From: Isosphaeraceae bacterium | GTDB taxonomy: Bacteria > Planctomycetota > Planctomycetia > Isosphaerales > Isosphaeraceae | Assembly (NCBI GenBank): GCA_965201075.1 | Contig: CBDAVP010000014.1 | Coordinates: 1 to 64,000, forward strand | Reading direction: 5' to 3' | Length of the DNA stretch: 64,000 nt | In this document: piece after piece, positions 49,089 through 60,091 of the stretch | How the letters are laid out: each line of letters opens with the position of its first letter | Position numbering within the stretch: position 1 is the first letter of the stretch | Translations under genes and position numbers: made by a program | Notes under the pieces: generated by a model | Told to the model about the DNA's origin: nothing | The model's database searches: none | Seen by the model: only the letters and a program-made list of their open reading frames with translations

Positions 49089-49904
49089 ATGACGATCCCC
49101 GAGATCGACCCCATCCCGTCCGGCCCGGTCCGGGAGAATGCGGCGAAGGTCGTTGACGTCGTCCCAGCCCCTCTGCCCCGAGGGGGCCGCCTCTGGTCGG
49201 TGACGCTCGCGGCCGGGGTGCTCGCCGGTCTGGTGGCCTGGCTGGGGGGCGAGGCGTGTCGCCACCTGATCCCCCCGACTCAGCGAGCGGTCAACGTCAA
49301 GGGGATGACGCTCAACGCCGTTGACCGACGCTCCGCCGCCGCCGCTGACGCCTGGAACGGCACGCTGGCCTTCGCGATCCTGGGAGCGGCGCTGGGGGCG
49401 GGGCTGGGCGCGGCTGGCGGGATCGCTCGGGGGGGCGGACGGTTGTCGCTACCGGCGGCGGGGATTGGCCTGGTCGCCGGGGCACTTGGCGTCGCGGCGG
49501 TCTCGGCCATCCTCCTGCCCACCTACAACGGTTACAAGCAGCGGCAGCCCGACGCGGCCTCGCAAGACCTCGTCCTGCCGCTGCTGGTCCACCTGGCCAC
49601 CTGGTCGACCGCCGGGGCGCTTGGGGGTCTTGCCTTCGGGCGGGCGTGGGGGCAGCCCAGGGTCGTCGGCCGGGCGGTCCGCGGGGGGTTGGTCGGCGCG
49701 GCGATGGGGACCGTCGTGTTTGACCTGGTCGGCGCGGCGGCGTTCCCCGAGGCCGACACCACGAAGTTCCTCGCCGCCACCTGGATGACGAGGCTGTTCG
49801 CCCGCCTGGCCGTCGCGTTGCTGGCCGCCGCGGGTGTCGCCTACTCCGTCGGCGCCAGACGGGTTCCGACCCCCTCGCCCGCCGTCGGCTCGACCACGAC
49901 GTAG
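49089..49904 (+). CDS. Multi-pass membrane hypothetical protein
   Basis: Several Gly/Ala-rich TM segments; ATG 49089; 3' end overlaps the convergent gene. Confidence 0.75.
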   Translation: MTIPEIDPIPSGPVRENAAKVVDVVPAPLPRGGRLWSVTLAAGVLAGLVAWLGGEACRHLIPPTQRAVNVKGMTLNAVDRRSAAAADAWNGTLAFAILGAALGAGLGAAGGIARGGGRLSLPAAGIGLVAGALGVAAVSAILLPTYNGYKQRQPDAASQDLVLPLLVHLATWSTAGALGGLAFGRAWGQPRVVGRAVRGGLVGAAMGTVVFDLVGAAAFPEADTTKFLAATWMTRLFARLAVALLAAAGVAYSVGARRVPTPSPAVGSTTT

Positions 49905-51778
49905 TTCTGATTGGCCGCCGGGCGGTCGAGCCGGGTGACGATCCCCGAGGGCCAGCGGACCGTTACCCGGCCGATCCCCGAGGCACCGACCGGGCCCAGG
50001 CCGATCAGTAGTCGAGGGTCGTGAGACGACTGCACGCTGCCGCCCCCCTTGACCTGGCGGACGAGGGTACGCCCCCCCGCCTCGACCTCAACCCGGGCCC
50101 CGATCGCGTCGCGGGGGCTCCGGGTTCCGACCAACCGCAGCCGAATCCAGTCGCCGCGGCGGGGGGTGTCATTGCGCAGGAGGGCCGGCGGCCCGTCCAT
50201 GTGGTTGACGGCCAGGTCAAGGTCCCCATCGTCGTCGAGGTCGCCGACCGCGACCCCCCGGGCGACGTGCCGGGAGGTGAAATAAGGGCCGACGTCCCTC
50301 GTCGAGAGGCGGAACTTCGCGCCCGCCGCCCGCGCCCCCTGGTTGAGGAACAGCAGGGGGGGTTCGTCGTAGGTCATCGTGGGGGCGAGGTCCTTGCGGT
50401 TGGTGTCAATGTGACCGTTGGCGACGAAGCAGTCCGGCCAGCCGTCGGCGTCGAAGTCGGCCAGGGCGCAGCCCCAGCCGACCCAGGGACGGCTGGGGAC
50501 GGCCAGGCCCGCCGAGGCCGATGCCTCCTGAAACGTGGCCGTCGGCTCCGAGGGGGTCCGCGAGGGGGCCGGCGGGTCGCAAAGGTTGCGGTAGAAGCCG
50601 ATGTGCTCGTTCTGGAAGTTGGTCGTCAACAGTTCGGGACGGCCGTCGCCGTCGCAGTCCTCGGCGTCGCAGCCCATGCTGGCCTGGACGGCCCCCGCCT
50701 CGTCGAAGGCCGCCCCTGACGACCCGGTGGCGTCGGCGAACGTGCCGTCGCCGCGGTTGAGGTAGAGGAAGTTCGGGCACAGGTCGTTGGCGACGTACAG
50801 GTCGACCCGGCCGTCACCGTTAAGGTCTGCGGCCACCGCACCAAAACCTCGGCCGTCGGCCCGCCCCAGGCCCGCCGCCTCGGTCACGTCGGCGAACGTC
50901 CCGTCGCCGTTGTTGCGATAGAGGATGTGCCGGGCCGGCTTGACCTCGTGGGGCGAGCAGAACAGCGGCACCCGGTCGCTGCCGCAGCGGTGGGCGTCGC
51001 GGGGGTAGGCCCAATCGCCGTAGTTGGCCACATAAAGGTCCAGGTCGCCGTCGGCGTCGTAGTCGAGCAGGGCCCCGCCGCTGGACCAGATTCCCGGCCG
51101 GTCGACCCCCGCCTCGTGGCTGACGTCCCGGAACACTCCCCCATCGTTCCTGAGCAGGACGTTCGGCCCGAAGTTACACAGGAACACGTCGACATCGCCG
51201 TCGTTGTCAATATCCCCCGCGACGATGCCGTGGCAGAAGCCGGAGAAGCCCAGCCCCGCGGCCTCGGTCGCGTCGACGAACCGCCCCTCGCCGAGGTTGC
51301 GGTAAAGCCGGTTGCCCTTCCGCGGCCCATCCCCCGGAGGCAGGAGGTTGCCGGTGGCGAAGTACAGGTCAAGCCGGCCGTCGCCGTCGTAGTCCAGCAT
51401 CGCCACGCCCGAGCCGAACCCGGTGGGGAACAGTTTCCGGCCGTCGTTGCCCGAAGCGTGGACAAAGTCGACGCCGCTACTCTCGCGGATGTCGGCGAAC
51501 CGGAACGGGCTCGGCTCGGCCGACAGTGTCGAGGTCGTGTCCCCCAGCGCGATGAACGTGGCGTGAGGGCCCACCCCGAAATCAGGCCGATCGGGATAGC
51601 CCCGGTTCGGGGTTGACGCGACGAGTGCCGCAGCGCGTTCCGTCGCGGCCGGACGGCAACCTCCCAGCAGCGCAAGGGCAAACCCCAGGCCGATCCAGCC
51701 CCAGGATCTCGGAATCCAGGCGACCGGGCCCGAGGCCAGGCCGGCCCCGTCTCCGGTTCGATCCCCCGGATCGCTCAA
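49841..51778 (-). CDS. CRTAC1/ASPIC-UnbV FG-GAP repeat protein
   Basis: DYDGDGRLDLY-type repeats; DAIGARVEV...GLG...VRWPSG. Confidence 0.92.
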   Translation of the reverse strand: MSDPGDRTGDGAGLASGPVAWIPRSWGWIGLGFALALLGGCRPAATERAAALVASTPNRGYPDRPDFGVGPHATFIALGDTTSTLSAEPSPFRFADIRESSGVDFVHASGNDGRKLFPTGFGSGVAMLDYDGDGRLDLYFATGNLLPPGDGPRKGNRLYRNLGEGRFVDATEAAGLGFSGFCHGIVAGDIDNDGDVDVFLCNFGPNVLLRNDGGVFRDVSHEAGVDRPGIWSSGGALLDYDADGDLDLYVANYGDWAYPRDAHRCGSDRVPLFCSPHEVKPARHILYRNNGDGTFADVTEAAGLGRADGRGFGAVAADLNGDGRVDLYVANDLCPNFLYLNRGDGTFADATGSSGAAFDEAGAVQASMGCDAEDCDGDGRPELLTTNFQNEHIGFYRNLCDPPAPSRTPSEPTATFQEASASAGLAVPSRPWVGWGCALADFDADGWPDCFVANGHIDTNRKDLAPTMTYDEPPLLFLNQGARAAGAKFRLSTRDVGPYFTSRHVARGVAVGDLDDDGDLDLAVNHMDGPPALLRNDTPRRGDWIRLRLVGTRSPRDAIGARVEVEAGGRTLVRQVKGGGSVQSSHDPRLLIGLGPVGASGIGRVTVRWPSGIVTRLDRPAANQNYVVVEPTAGEGVGTRLAPTE

Positions 51779-52014
51779 GGCTTGGGCACCCTGACGCCCT
51801 TGGGCACCGGCTGGCCGGGCTTCCAGAGCATCTTGCCGCCCGGGCCGATCATCTTCTTGTATTCCGGCTTGAATTTGAGGCGGTGGTTGGGCCCGGCGTC
51901 ACTCAGGTTGGTTGGAGGCGCGGGGGTGACCTTGGGCCCGCAACCCGCCAACCCAAGGCCGAGTCCAACAACGACCACCCATGACGATGCCGCGCGAATT
52001 CGTGGATTCAACAA
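51775..52014 (-). CDS. Small lipoprotein
   Basis: Hydrophobic stretch ending in lipobox LAGC; directly downstream of the DUF1559 gene. Confidence 0.7.
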   Translation of the reverse strand: MLNPRIRAASSWVVVVGLGLGLAGCGPKVTPAPPTNLSDAGPNHRLKFKPEYKKMIGPGGKMLWKPGQPVPKGVRVPKP

Positions 52015-52176
52015 CGGGATGCTCCTCGGCCGCGGCCCCCCGCCGCCGGGCCGGACCTGGAGGTCGGCCCGACGGCGGGTAGCCTGCCCTGTAGGGATCG
52101 ACCTGAACTGACCCGACCCGCGTCGTCACGGCCAGCGAAACGACGCAAGGGAAGGGCAGGGCAGGACAGGTTGGGT

Positions 52177-53330
<1,154 letters not shown>

Positions 53331-53601
53331 CGGTGGAATCTCCCCTGGGTCGATCGGGATGTGAACGAAAGTCGTGAGGAAATGGAGAATACGGCGCGAG
53401 CGTAACCCACCCCCAGAATTCCGACAAGCCCCCCGCCGTCAAAATCCCATCAAAATCCGCCGTGACTCGAATTATCTTTGCCGGAGACCCACAAGTTGAC
53501 CCATTGTCAAACACTTAATGAATCAAAGACATTCATACATCCTTGGGCTCATGGCATTCCCCATGATCGTCCAGGCGGGGCGGTTCGCCGGGGAACGGCA
53601 A

Positions 53602-54966
53602 TCAGCCCGTTCCACCGTGAGGGGTCCTTGGCCTTTCCTTTTCGGGCGTCGCGCCGGGCTCCCCGGCCGTCCCCGAGGCCGCGTCTCCGGGCCGGGCCTT
53701 GGGGACGGGGTCGGGCCGAGCGTGGATCTGGTAGAAGCTGGCCAGGCCCAGTTCGCCGCGACCCTGGTGGTAGTCGGCCAGAAGGCGGTTGGCGTCGGGG
53801 TCGTCGAACGTCTCCTGGAGAATGCGGGCCGCCCACCGGGCTCCTTCGGCCCCGTGGCCGTGGCCGAACATCCAGCGGGCCACGTCGAGTTGCGCCTCGC
53901 GATCGCCGGGGGCCTCGACCAGCTTCGCCCGCGCCGCCTGGAGGTGTTCGTGCTCGGAGCGGAGGCGAGCCGCCGCGGCCTGGTCGGCCCGAGCCTCGAC
54001 CGACCGGCCGAGGCGGGCCAGGATCAACCCCCGCTGATGACGGGAGGTCACATCGAAGGGGTCGAGCGCGATCGCCCGGTCCAGCAACGCCAGGGAGCCG
54101 GGCCAGTCCCCCCGGCCCGACAGGCCCGCGGCCCGCTCCCGGACAATCTCGGCGTTGCGTGGCTCCAGAGACTCGGCCCGCTCCAGGTGGCGGGCCGCCC
54201 CGGTCTCGTCGCCGAGTTCTCGCAGATTCCGCCCCGCGCCCAGGTGCGCGGCCGCGTCGTTGGGCACGGCCGCAAGGTAGTTGGCGTACTCGGCCGCCGC
54301 CTCGGCGTTGCGGTGGACCTGACGCAGCGACTCGGCCAGTCCGAGCCGAGCCTTGGCCAGCGTCGGGTCGCGGCGCAACGCCCGTCGGTAATCGTCCTGA
54401 ACGACGGCCGGGTCGCCCCCGGTTCGCCCGTGGACCTCGGCCCGCCAGAGGTGCGGCTTGGGGTCGTTGGGAAAGTCGCGGGCCCAACGGTCCAGCACCG
54501 TCGCCGCCCTCGACAGGTCGAACGTCTCCAGGCAGGTTCTGGCCAAAGCCTCGTCGACCTGGCGGTCCGGCGCTTCCTGCTCGACGAAGGCCCTCGTCAG
54601 GGCCGCGTCCGCCTCGGCGGCGCGCCCGGCCCCGACGGCGATCAACGCCTGGAGCAAGTCCCGCTCAACCCGCCCGGCGCCCCGTATCCGGGCCCGCTCC
54701 AGTTCGGCGACGGCCTCGGCGAGCCGGCCCTCTCCCGCCTCCCGCCGACCGTTCCAGTAGTGAGCCTCGGCCGACCCCGGCTCCTCCGAGAGCCAGCGGC
54801 CCAACGCCGCGTCGGCCTCCCGCCAATCCCCGGCCGCGACCCGCTCCCGCGCTTCCCGCCGCCAGGTCGGTTGCCAACGGGCCCTCAGCCCCGCCCAACC
54901 GGCGACCACGACCGTCAGGAAGACCAGGACTCCCAGAATCGTCCGCCGACCGGGCCGCCTCGCCAT
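53602..54966 (-). CDS. Membrane-anchored TPR protein
   Basis: N-terminal TM after MARRPGRR; multiple TPRs. Confidence 0.85.
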   Translation of the reverse strand: MARRPGRRTILGVLVFLTVVVAGWAGLRARWQPTWRREARERVAAGDWREADAALGRWLSEEPGSAEAHYWNGRREAGEGRLAEAVAELERARIRGAGRVERDLLQALIAVGAGRAAEADAALTRAFVEQEAPDRQVDEALARTCLETFDLSRAATVLDRWARDFPNDPKPHLWRAEVHGRTGGDPAVVQDDYRRALRRDPTLAKARLGLAESLRQVHRNAEAAAEYANYLAAVPNDAAAHLGAGRNLRELGDETGAARHLERAESLEPRNAEIVRERAAGLSGRGDWPGSLALLDRAIALDPFDVTSRHQRGLILARLGRSVEARADQAAAARLRSEHEHLQAARAKLVEAPGDREAQLDVARWMFGHGHGAEGARWAARILQETFDDPDANRLLADYHQGRGELGLASFYQIHARPDPVPKARPGDAASGTAGEPGATPEKERPRTPHGGTG

Positions 54967-54988
54967 CGTGCCCTCGCACTTCCCCGCC

Positions 54989-57355
54989 TCAACGCGGGCC
55001 GAGCGGCGGGGCGTCGAGCACCCGATACCCCTCGGCCCCCTCAACCACCTCGATCGCGCGATCGGCCGAGATGTTCTGAAAGACCTGTCGAATTCCCCCG
55101 GTCGGCCAGCGAATCTCCAGGGTCCGGATCGACCCGGCGGGTCCCAGGCCAATGGTGCAGGCCAGGGGGTTGCCGCCGAAGCTGGAACCGGCCGAGATGA
55201 CCCGATGCCTCTCAACGGTCGACCCACCCGGTCCGACCACCTCGACGCGAATCCGAGCCCCCAGGGCCGCCCGGTTGGTCCGCGTCCCCATCAACTTGAC
55301 CGTCAGCCAGTGATGCCCCGGCGAACCAGGATTCTGGAACAGGACGGCGTGAGCCCGGTCGCCGGGGGCGGCGCCTCCGGCCTGGACGAACAGGTCGGCG
55401 TCGCCGTCGCGGTCCCAGTCGGCGAAGGCCACGCCGTGCCCCTTTTGAAGGTGGCCGGTCCCCGTCGCGGCGGTCACGTCCTCGAATCGGCGGCCCTGGT
55501 CGTTGCGCAGCAGGACGTTGGGCATCAGGTAGGCATACGAAGGGCGACCGGTCCCGAGGTAGACGTCCAGGCAGCCGTCGTTGTCGATGTCGCCGAAGTT
55601 CGAGCCCATCGGCAGGACGATTCGATCGGCCCCAACCTCGGTCGTCACGTCGCGGAACCCCTCGGCGCCCAGATTTCGGTACAGGCGGGGCCGCTCGCCA
55701 GTGGTGGGCCGGCCCAACTGGTCGCGGACGACCTCCGTGAGCGTCGCGTGATTGGGGTTGACCCACAGGTCCAGCCGGCCGTCGTCGTCGAAGTCCCAGA
55801 ACCAGCAGGCAAAGGCGTCGATCGGCTCGGTGACGCGCAAGTCTGGGGCCACGTCTTCAAACGTCCCATCCCCCCGGTTGCGGTACAGTCGGTTGGGCTG
55901 GCCGAGGTTGGCGACGTACAGGTCGGGGTCGCCATCGTCGTCAAAGTCTCCCCAGGCGACCCCCTTGCCGAACCGGTCGTTGGTGACGCCGGCGGAGAGC
56001 GCGACGTCCTGGAACTTGCCCTCGCCGAGGTTGCGATACAACCGCCCCCGGTTCCGGGCGTCGGGCCGCTTGGCGTCGAGTTCCCCGGCGACGTACAGGT
56101 CGACGAGCCCGTCGTTGTCGAAGTCGGCCCAGCCCGCCGCCTGGGTCGAGATCGGCATCCCGAGCCCGGCGGCCAGCGTCACGTCCTCGAACCGCCCGCC
56201 GAGATTGCGCAGAAGACTCATCCGCCGGGGGACTTCCCAGGCGCCTCGCATCATCAGGATGTCCAGATGCCCGTCGTTGTCGAAGTCGGCATGGCAGGCG
56301 TTCAGGGACAGAACCTGGTCCTTGAGTCCGGCGGCGTCGGAGGCGTCCTCGAAGGTTCCGTCTCCCTTGTTGCGCAGGAAGGTGGCCCCGCGGTCGACGT
56401 CGGTGGTGGGCAGAAACACGTCGAGTCGGCCGTCGTCGTCGAAGTCATCGACCAGGCAGGCCCCGGCCATCGCCTCGCCACGGGCGTTGAGGCCAACCTT
56501 CGACGCGACGTTGACCATCCGCCGGGGGTCGCCCGGCTTCGCCTCAAGCCGGCCCAGGGGCAGCAGGAATTCAGAGGGCACTCCGGCGGGATATTCCCCC
56601 AGGGTCATGCAGGCGACGTTGAGCAGCCAGCGGACGCCCAGGTCCTCGGGGCGTTGGTGGAGGTAGTCGGTGAACCGCCGGATCGCCTCCCGGGAGCCGG
56701 AGGTTCGGAGGTGGACGGCCTTGGCGTCGAGGGGGAAGATGCAACTCGACTCGTTGCAGCAGGCGACGCAGTTCTCGACCTCGCCCCGCCTCAGGGCCGC
56801 GACCCCCCGCAGCGCCTCCTGGTTGGCCCGGAACGCCTCGGGCCGCGACGGGTCGGCGGCCTGGGCGTGGGCGAACTCCTCCGAAGCGGCGGCCCAGTCC
56901 CCGTGGAACATGCGCAGGGAGCCCATCAGCAGGCGAATGTTGGCCGAGGTCGCCAGGTCGCTCGCCGAGAGTGCCGCCAGCTTGGCTTCCAGGTAGGCGA
57001 TCCCCCGGGCCTCCCGCCCCTCGACCGACGCTCGCATTTCCCCCAGCGACGACGGGTCGGCGATCGGCTTCGAGAACCGGATCGACGCCGAGTACCCGCT
57101 ATCGTCGAACGCGATGTCCGAGAAGGGGGGGACCGCCTCGGTCCGGGCGGGTCCCTTGGCCCCGGACGAATTTGCCGTCGAGGCCGCCGCAACGGGCGAG
57201 CCCAGCGTCCGCGACGCCAGCCAGCCGGCTCCACGGCGAGGCAAGGTGGCCGGGTCCGGGTCGGTCAAGGCGACGGCGGCCACCACGCAGCCGACGACCA
57301 GGCCCGAGCCGATCAGCAGGCCCTTCAACGCCATCCGCACGGCGGATCGCCGCAT
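54989..57355 (-). CDS. CRTAC1/ASPIC-UnbV FG-GAP protein with Cys-rich N-terminal domain
   Basis: ENCVACCNESSCIFP; FG-GAP repeats; GHLQKGHG; ALGARIRV. Confidence 0.92.
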   Translation of the reverse strand: MRRSAVRMALKGLLIGSGLVVGCVVAAVALTDPDPATLPRRGAGWLASRTLGSPVAAASTANSSGAKGPARTEAVPPFSDIAFDDSGYSASIRFSKPIADPSSLGEMRASVEGREARGIAYLEAKLAALSASDLATSANIRLLMGSLRMFHGDWAAASEEFAHAQAADPSRPEAFRANQEALRGVAALRRGEVENCVACCNESSCIFPLDAKAVHLRTSGSREAIRRFTDYLHQRPEDLGVRWLLNVACMTLGEYPAGVPSEFLLPLGRLEAKPGDPRRMVNVASKVGLNARGEAMAGACLVDDFDDDGRLDVFLPTTDVDRGATFLRNKGDGTFEDASDAAGLKDQVLSLNACHADFDNDGHLDILMMRGAWEVPRRMSLLRNLGGRFEDVTLAAGLGMPISTQAAGWADFDNDGLVDLYVAGELDAKRPDARNRGRLYRNLGEGKFQDVALSAGVTNDRFGKGVAWGDFDDDGDPDLYVANLGQPNRLYRNRGDGTFEDVAPDLRVTEPIDAFACWFWDFDDDGRLDLWVNPNHATLTEVVRDQLGRPTTGERPRLYRNLGAEGFRDVTTEVGADRIVLPMGSNFGDIDNDGCLDVYLGTGRPSYAYLMPNVLLRNDQGRRFEDVTAATGTGHLQKGHGVAFADWDRDGDADLFVQAGGAAPGDRAHAVLFQNPGSPGHHWLTVKLMGTRTNRAALGARIRVEVVGPGGSTVERHRVISAGSSFGGNPLACTIGLGPAGSIRTLEIRWPTGGIRQVFQNISADRAIEVVEGAEGYRVLDAPPLGPR

Positions 57356-57573
57356 CGGCGCCCCCCCGAGATCGACGCTTCGACGTGTTCCGCTGAATCC
57401 GATCGGATCGGCCCATCCTGCGCCCCGTCGGGGTCCGGGTCAAGGCCCCCCGCCGATCCGTCCGTCCCTGGCGGGGCGACGTCCGGCCGGCTACAACCGG
57501 GCCACCGACACCTTTATCCACAAACTCACCCACGCCGACCCGACCCCGCCGGCCCGGTTCCCGGAGGATCTCC

Positions 57574-58836
57574 ATGCGTCCCGACACCCGAGGTTTCGCC
57601 CCGACCCTCACCCTGATGAGCCTGCTCGCGTTCGCCCCGGTCCCGGCCGCCCGCGCGGAATACGCCTTGAGAGACGGCGACACGGTGGTCTTCCTGGGCG
57701 ACAGCATCACCGCCGAACGCACCTACGGCAAGGTCATCGAGAACTACACCACCTTGCGCTTTCCCGGGCGTCGCGTGCGGTTCATCAACTCGGGCCACGG
57801 GGGCGACACCGCCGAAGGGGGCCTGAAGCGCCTGGACCGCGACGTTTTCGACCACAAGGCCACCGTTTTGATCGTCGCCTACGGCATCAACGACATCGGC
57901 TGGGGCACCAAGGCCGACGACGCCCACAAGTCCGCCTACCTCGACGCCATCCGCGGCATCCTCGACCGCGCCCAAGAGCACAACGTCCGCGTGTTCCTGG
58001 CCTGCACCCCCATCACCGCGGGGGACCCCGACAAGGCCGAGCACGAGTTCCTCCAGCGGATGTGCGACGAGGCGCTGGAGATCGCCCGGTCCCGTGGCGA
58101 GGGGGCCATCGACGTCCAGCGCTCGATGCGCACGGTCCAGCGGGCCGTCCTGGCCGCCAACGCCCGGGCGAAGACCGACAAGGACAAAACGACCCTCCAC
58201 ACCCCCGACGGCGTCCACCTCAACGAGCTCGGCCAGCACGCGATGGCCCTGGCGATCCTCAAGGGGCTCGGCGCCCCCGCCGAAGTCTCCTCGGCCACCC
58301 TCGACGCCTCCACTCCCTCGGTCGTCGAGTCCCAGGGCTGCCAGGTCTCGAACCTCAAGGGGAACGCCCAGGCTTTGGAATTCGACCGCCTGGACGACGG
58401 CCTCCCTCTGAACACCGGACTCTTCGGCGCCCTGCGTTACCGGTTCCTGCCGATCCCCGAGACGCTGAACCGCTACCTGCTGACCCTCCGTGGCCTGCCC
58501 GAGGGCCGCTACGCGATCACCGCCGACGACCGTCCCCTGGGAACCTTTTCCACCAACGACCTGGCCCAAGGCGTCAACCTCGCCTCGGCCACCGCCAACG
58601 GATGGGAGCCCGGAGGCCCCTGGGAAGCGGAAGCCTGGGAACTGACCCGCCTGACCGACGCCCGCGTCGACCTGGCCTCGGCCCTGGCCGAAGTCGGTCG
58701 CTTCCTGCCCAATCACCCCGAACAGTCCAGGCTCCGCGAGCAATTCGCCGACGCCGACCGCCAGATCAACACCCTCCGTCACACCCTGGTCCACCCCCGA
58801 CCCTTCCATTTTCGCATCCAACCGGCCACCCCCTGA
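57574..58836 (+). CDS. SGNH/GDSL hydrolase
   Basis: FLGDSIT; GHGG; YGIND; DGVHLN. Confidence 0.92.
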   Translation: MRPDTRGFAPTLTLMSLLAFAPVPAARAEYALRDGDTVVFLGDSITAERTYGKVIENYTTLRFPGRRVRFINSGHGGDTAEGGLKRLDRDVFDHKATVLIVAYGINDIGWGTKADDAHKSAYLDAIRGILDRAQEHNVRVFLACTPITAGDPDKAEHEFLQRMCDEALEIARSRGEGAIDVQRSMRTVQRAVLAANARAKTDKDKTTLHTPDGVHLNELGQHAMALAILKGLGAPAEVSSATLDASTPSVVESQGCQVSNLKGNAQALEFDRLDDGLPLNTGLFGALRYRFLPIPETLNRYLLTLRGLPEGRYAITADDRPLGTFSTNDLAQGVNLASATANGWEPGGPWEAEAWELTRLTDARVDLASALAEVGRFLPNHPEQSRLREQFADADRQINTLRHTLVHPRPFHFRIQPATP

Positions 58837-58947
58837 GTTGAATGCCTGGCCTCGTCCCGACGACGCGAAGCCTGGGGATCGACAAGTGGGTCGTCCACTC
58901 GGGTCTTCGTCTGGAGGCAAGTCTCGAAGACTTCAGATCAGAGGCTG

Positions 58948-60054
58948 TTAGAATCCGCTCGTCTCGTGGGATTCCGTCGGCGGGCCGCGATTGGGGTTGG
59001 GTCCAGCAAGTTTGCGCTGGGCGGCCTTGAGGAGTTCGCGGTCGAGGTTCTGGAAGATCTGGACATGTTCCTTGGCGCGAGGCTCGTCGCCCAGACGCCG
59101 ATAGATCTGGGAGAGCTTGAGGTGCCCCCGGAGGTTGTTCGGTTCGAGAGCCACCACCCGACGGAAGTCGTCGGCGGCAGGTTCCAAACGTCTCTGGCGG
59201 AGCGCCACTTCGCCCCGATACGACAGGGCCAGGACCGACGAGGGGTTCAGGGCCAGCGCCCGGTCGAGTCTGAGGCGGGCGTCGTCGAGGTTTCCGCGCT
59301 CCAGGGCGCAGGCGGCCAGGCCGATCAGGGGCTCGAACCGGTCGGGCCGCTGGCGGGCGCAGGTCGTCAGTTCGGGCTCCGCTTCGGCGGTGCGGGCGTC
59401 GTCGAGCAGGCAGTCGCCCAGCAGCAGGCGGGCCTCGAAGTTGTCGGGTTGCGCGGCCAGGACTCGCTTCAGCTCGACCTCGGCCTCCGAGGAACGGTAA
59501 TCCTGGACCAGGGCCCTGACCATCCGCGTGAGGGGTTCGAGGTCGTCGGGGGCCAGTTTCCTCCAGCGACCGTAAAGTTTGGCGGCCTCGGAAAAGCTGC
59601 CCCGCTGGGCCAGGCCGTCGGCCAGGGACCGGAGGACTTCCAGGTCGTCGGCGCGGGTCGCCAGGACCTCTCGCAGGCCAGCCTCGGCGCGAGGGAAGTC
59701 GGTTGGGGCGAGCCCCAGCAGGTATTCGCGACGGAGTTCGGTCTCGGGCACACCTTCGTCAAAGGCTCGTCTCAGCTCGCGGTCGGCCTTGGCGGGTTGG
59801 CCCGAGAGCCTCAGGAATCGCGAGTAGAGCAGTCGGGCCTGGCCATCGTGGGGGTTGCTCGACAGGAACGCCCGCAGGATTCTCGCTGCCGCGTCCAGGT
59901 TTCCCGCGGCCAGAGCCTGCTCGGCGGTGGCCAGCGGCGTCGGGTCGCGGTGGACGCGCCACCAGGCCCAAGAGCCGAACGCGGCGAGCGTGGCGACCAG
60001 GGCCAGGGAGGCGATCCACGGGCGAGAACGGCGAAGACCATTGGCGACCTGCAA
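58948..60054 (-). CDS. Membrane-anchored TPR protein
   Basis: TTG start at 60054 with GGGGAGG RBS; TM then TPRs. Confidence 0.85.
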   Translation of the reverse strand: MQVANGLRRSRPWIASLALVATLAAFGSWAWWRVHRDPTPLATAEQALAAGNLDAAARILRAFLSSNPHDGQARLLYSRFLRLSGQPAKADRELRRAFDEGVPETELRREYLLGLAPTDFPRAEAGLREVLATRADDLEVLRSLADGLAQRGSFSEAAKLYGRWRKLAPDDLEPLTRMVRALVQDYRSSEAEVELKRVLAAQPDNFEARLLLGDCLLDDARTAEAEPELTTCARQRPDRFEPLIGLAACALERGNLDDARLRLDRALALNPSSVLALSYRGEVALRQRRLEPAADDFRRVVALEPNNLRGHLKLSQIYRRLGDEPRAKEHVQIFQNLDRELLKAAQRKLAGPNPNRGPPTESHETSGF

Positions 60055-60091
60055 GGCAATCCTCCCCCTTCGTCGGCGAGCGGGCTGGGCG

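Noticed and set aside
53496..53510. TTGAC-N5-GTCAA palindrome as an FNR/CRP site
   Set aside because: Spacing differs from TTGAT-N4-ATCAA, it occurs once, and no regulator is nearby
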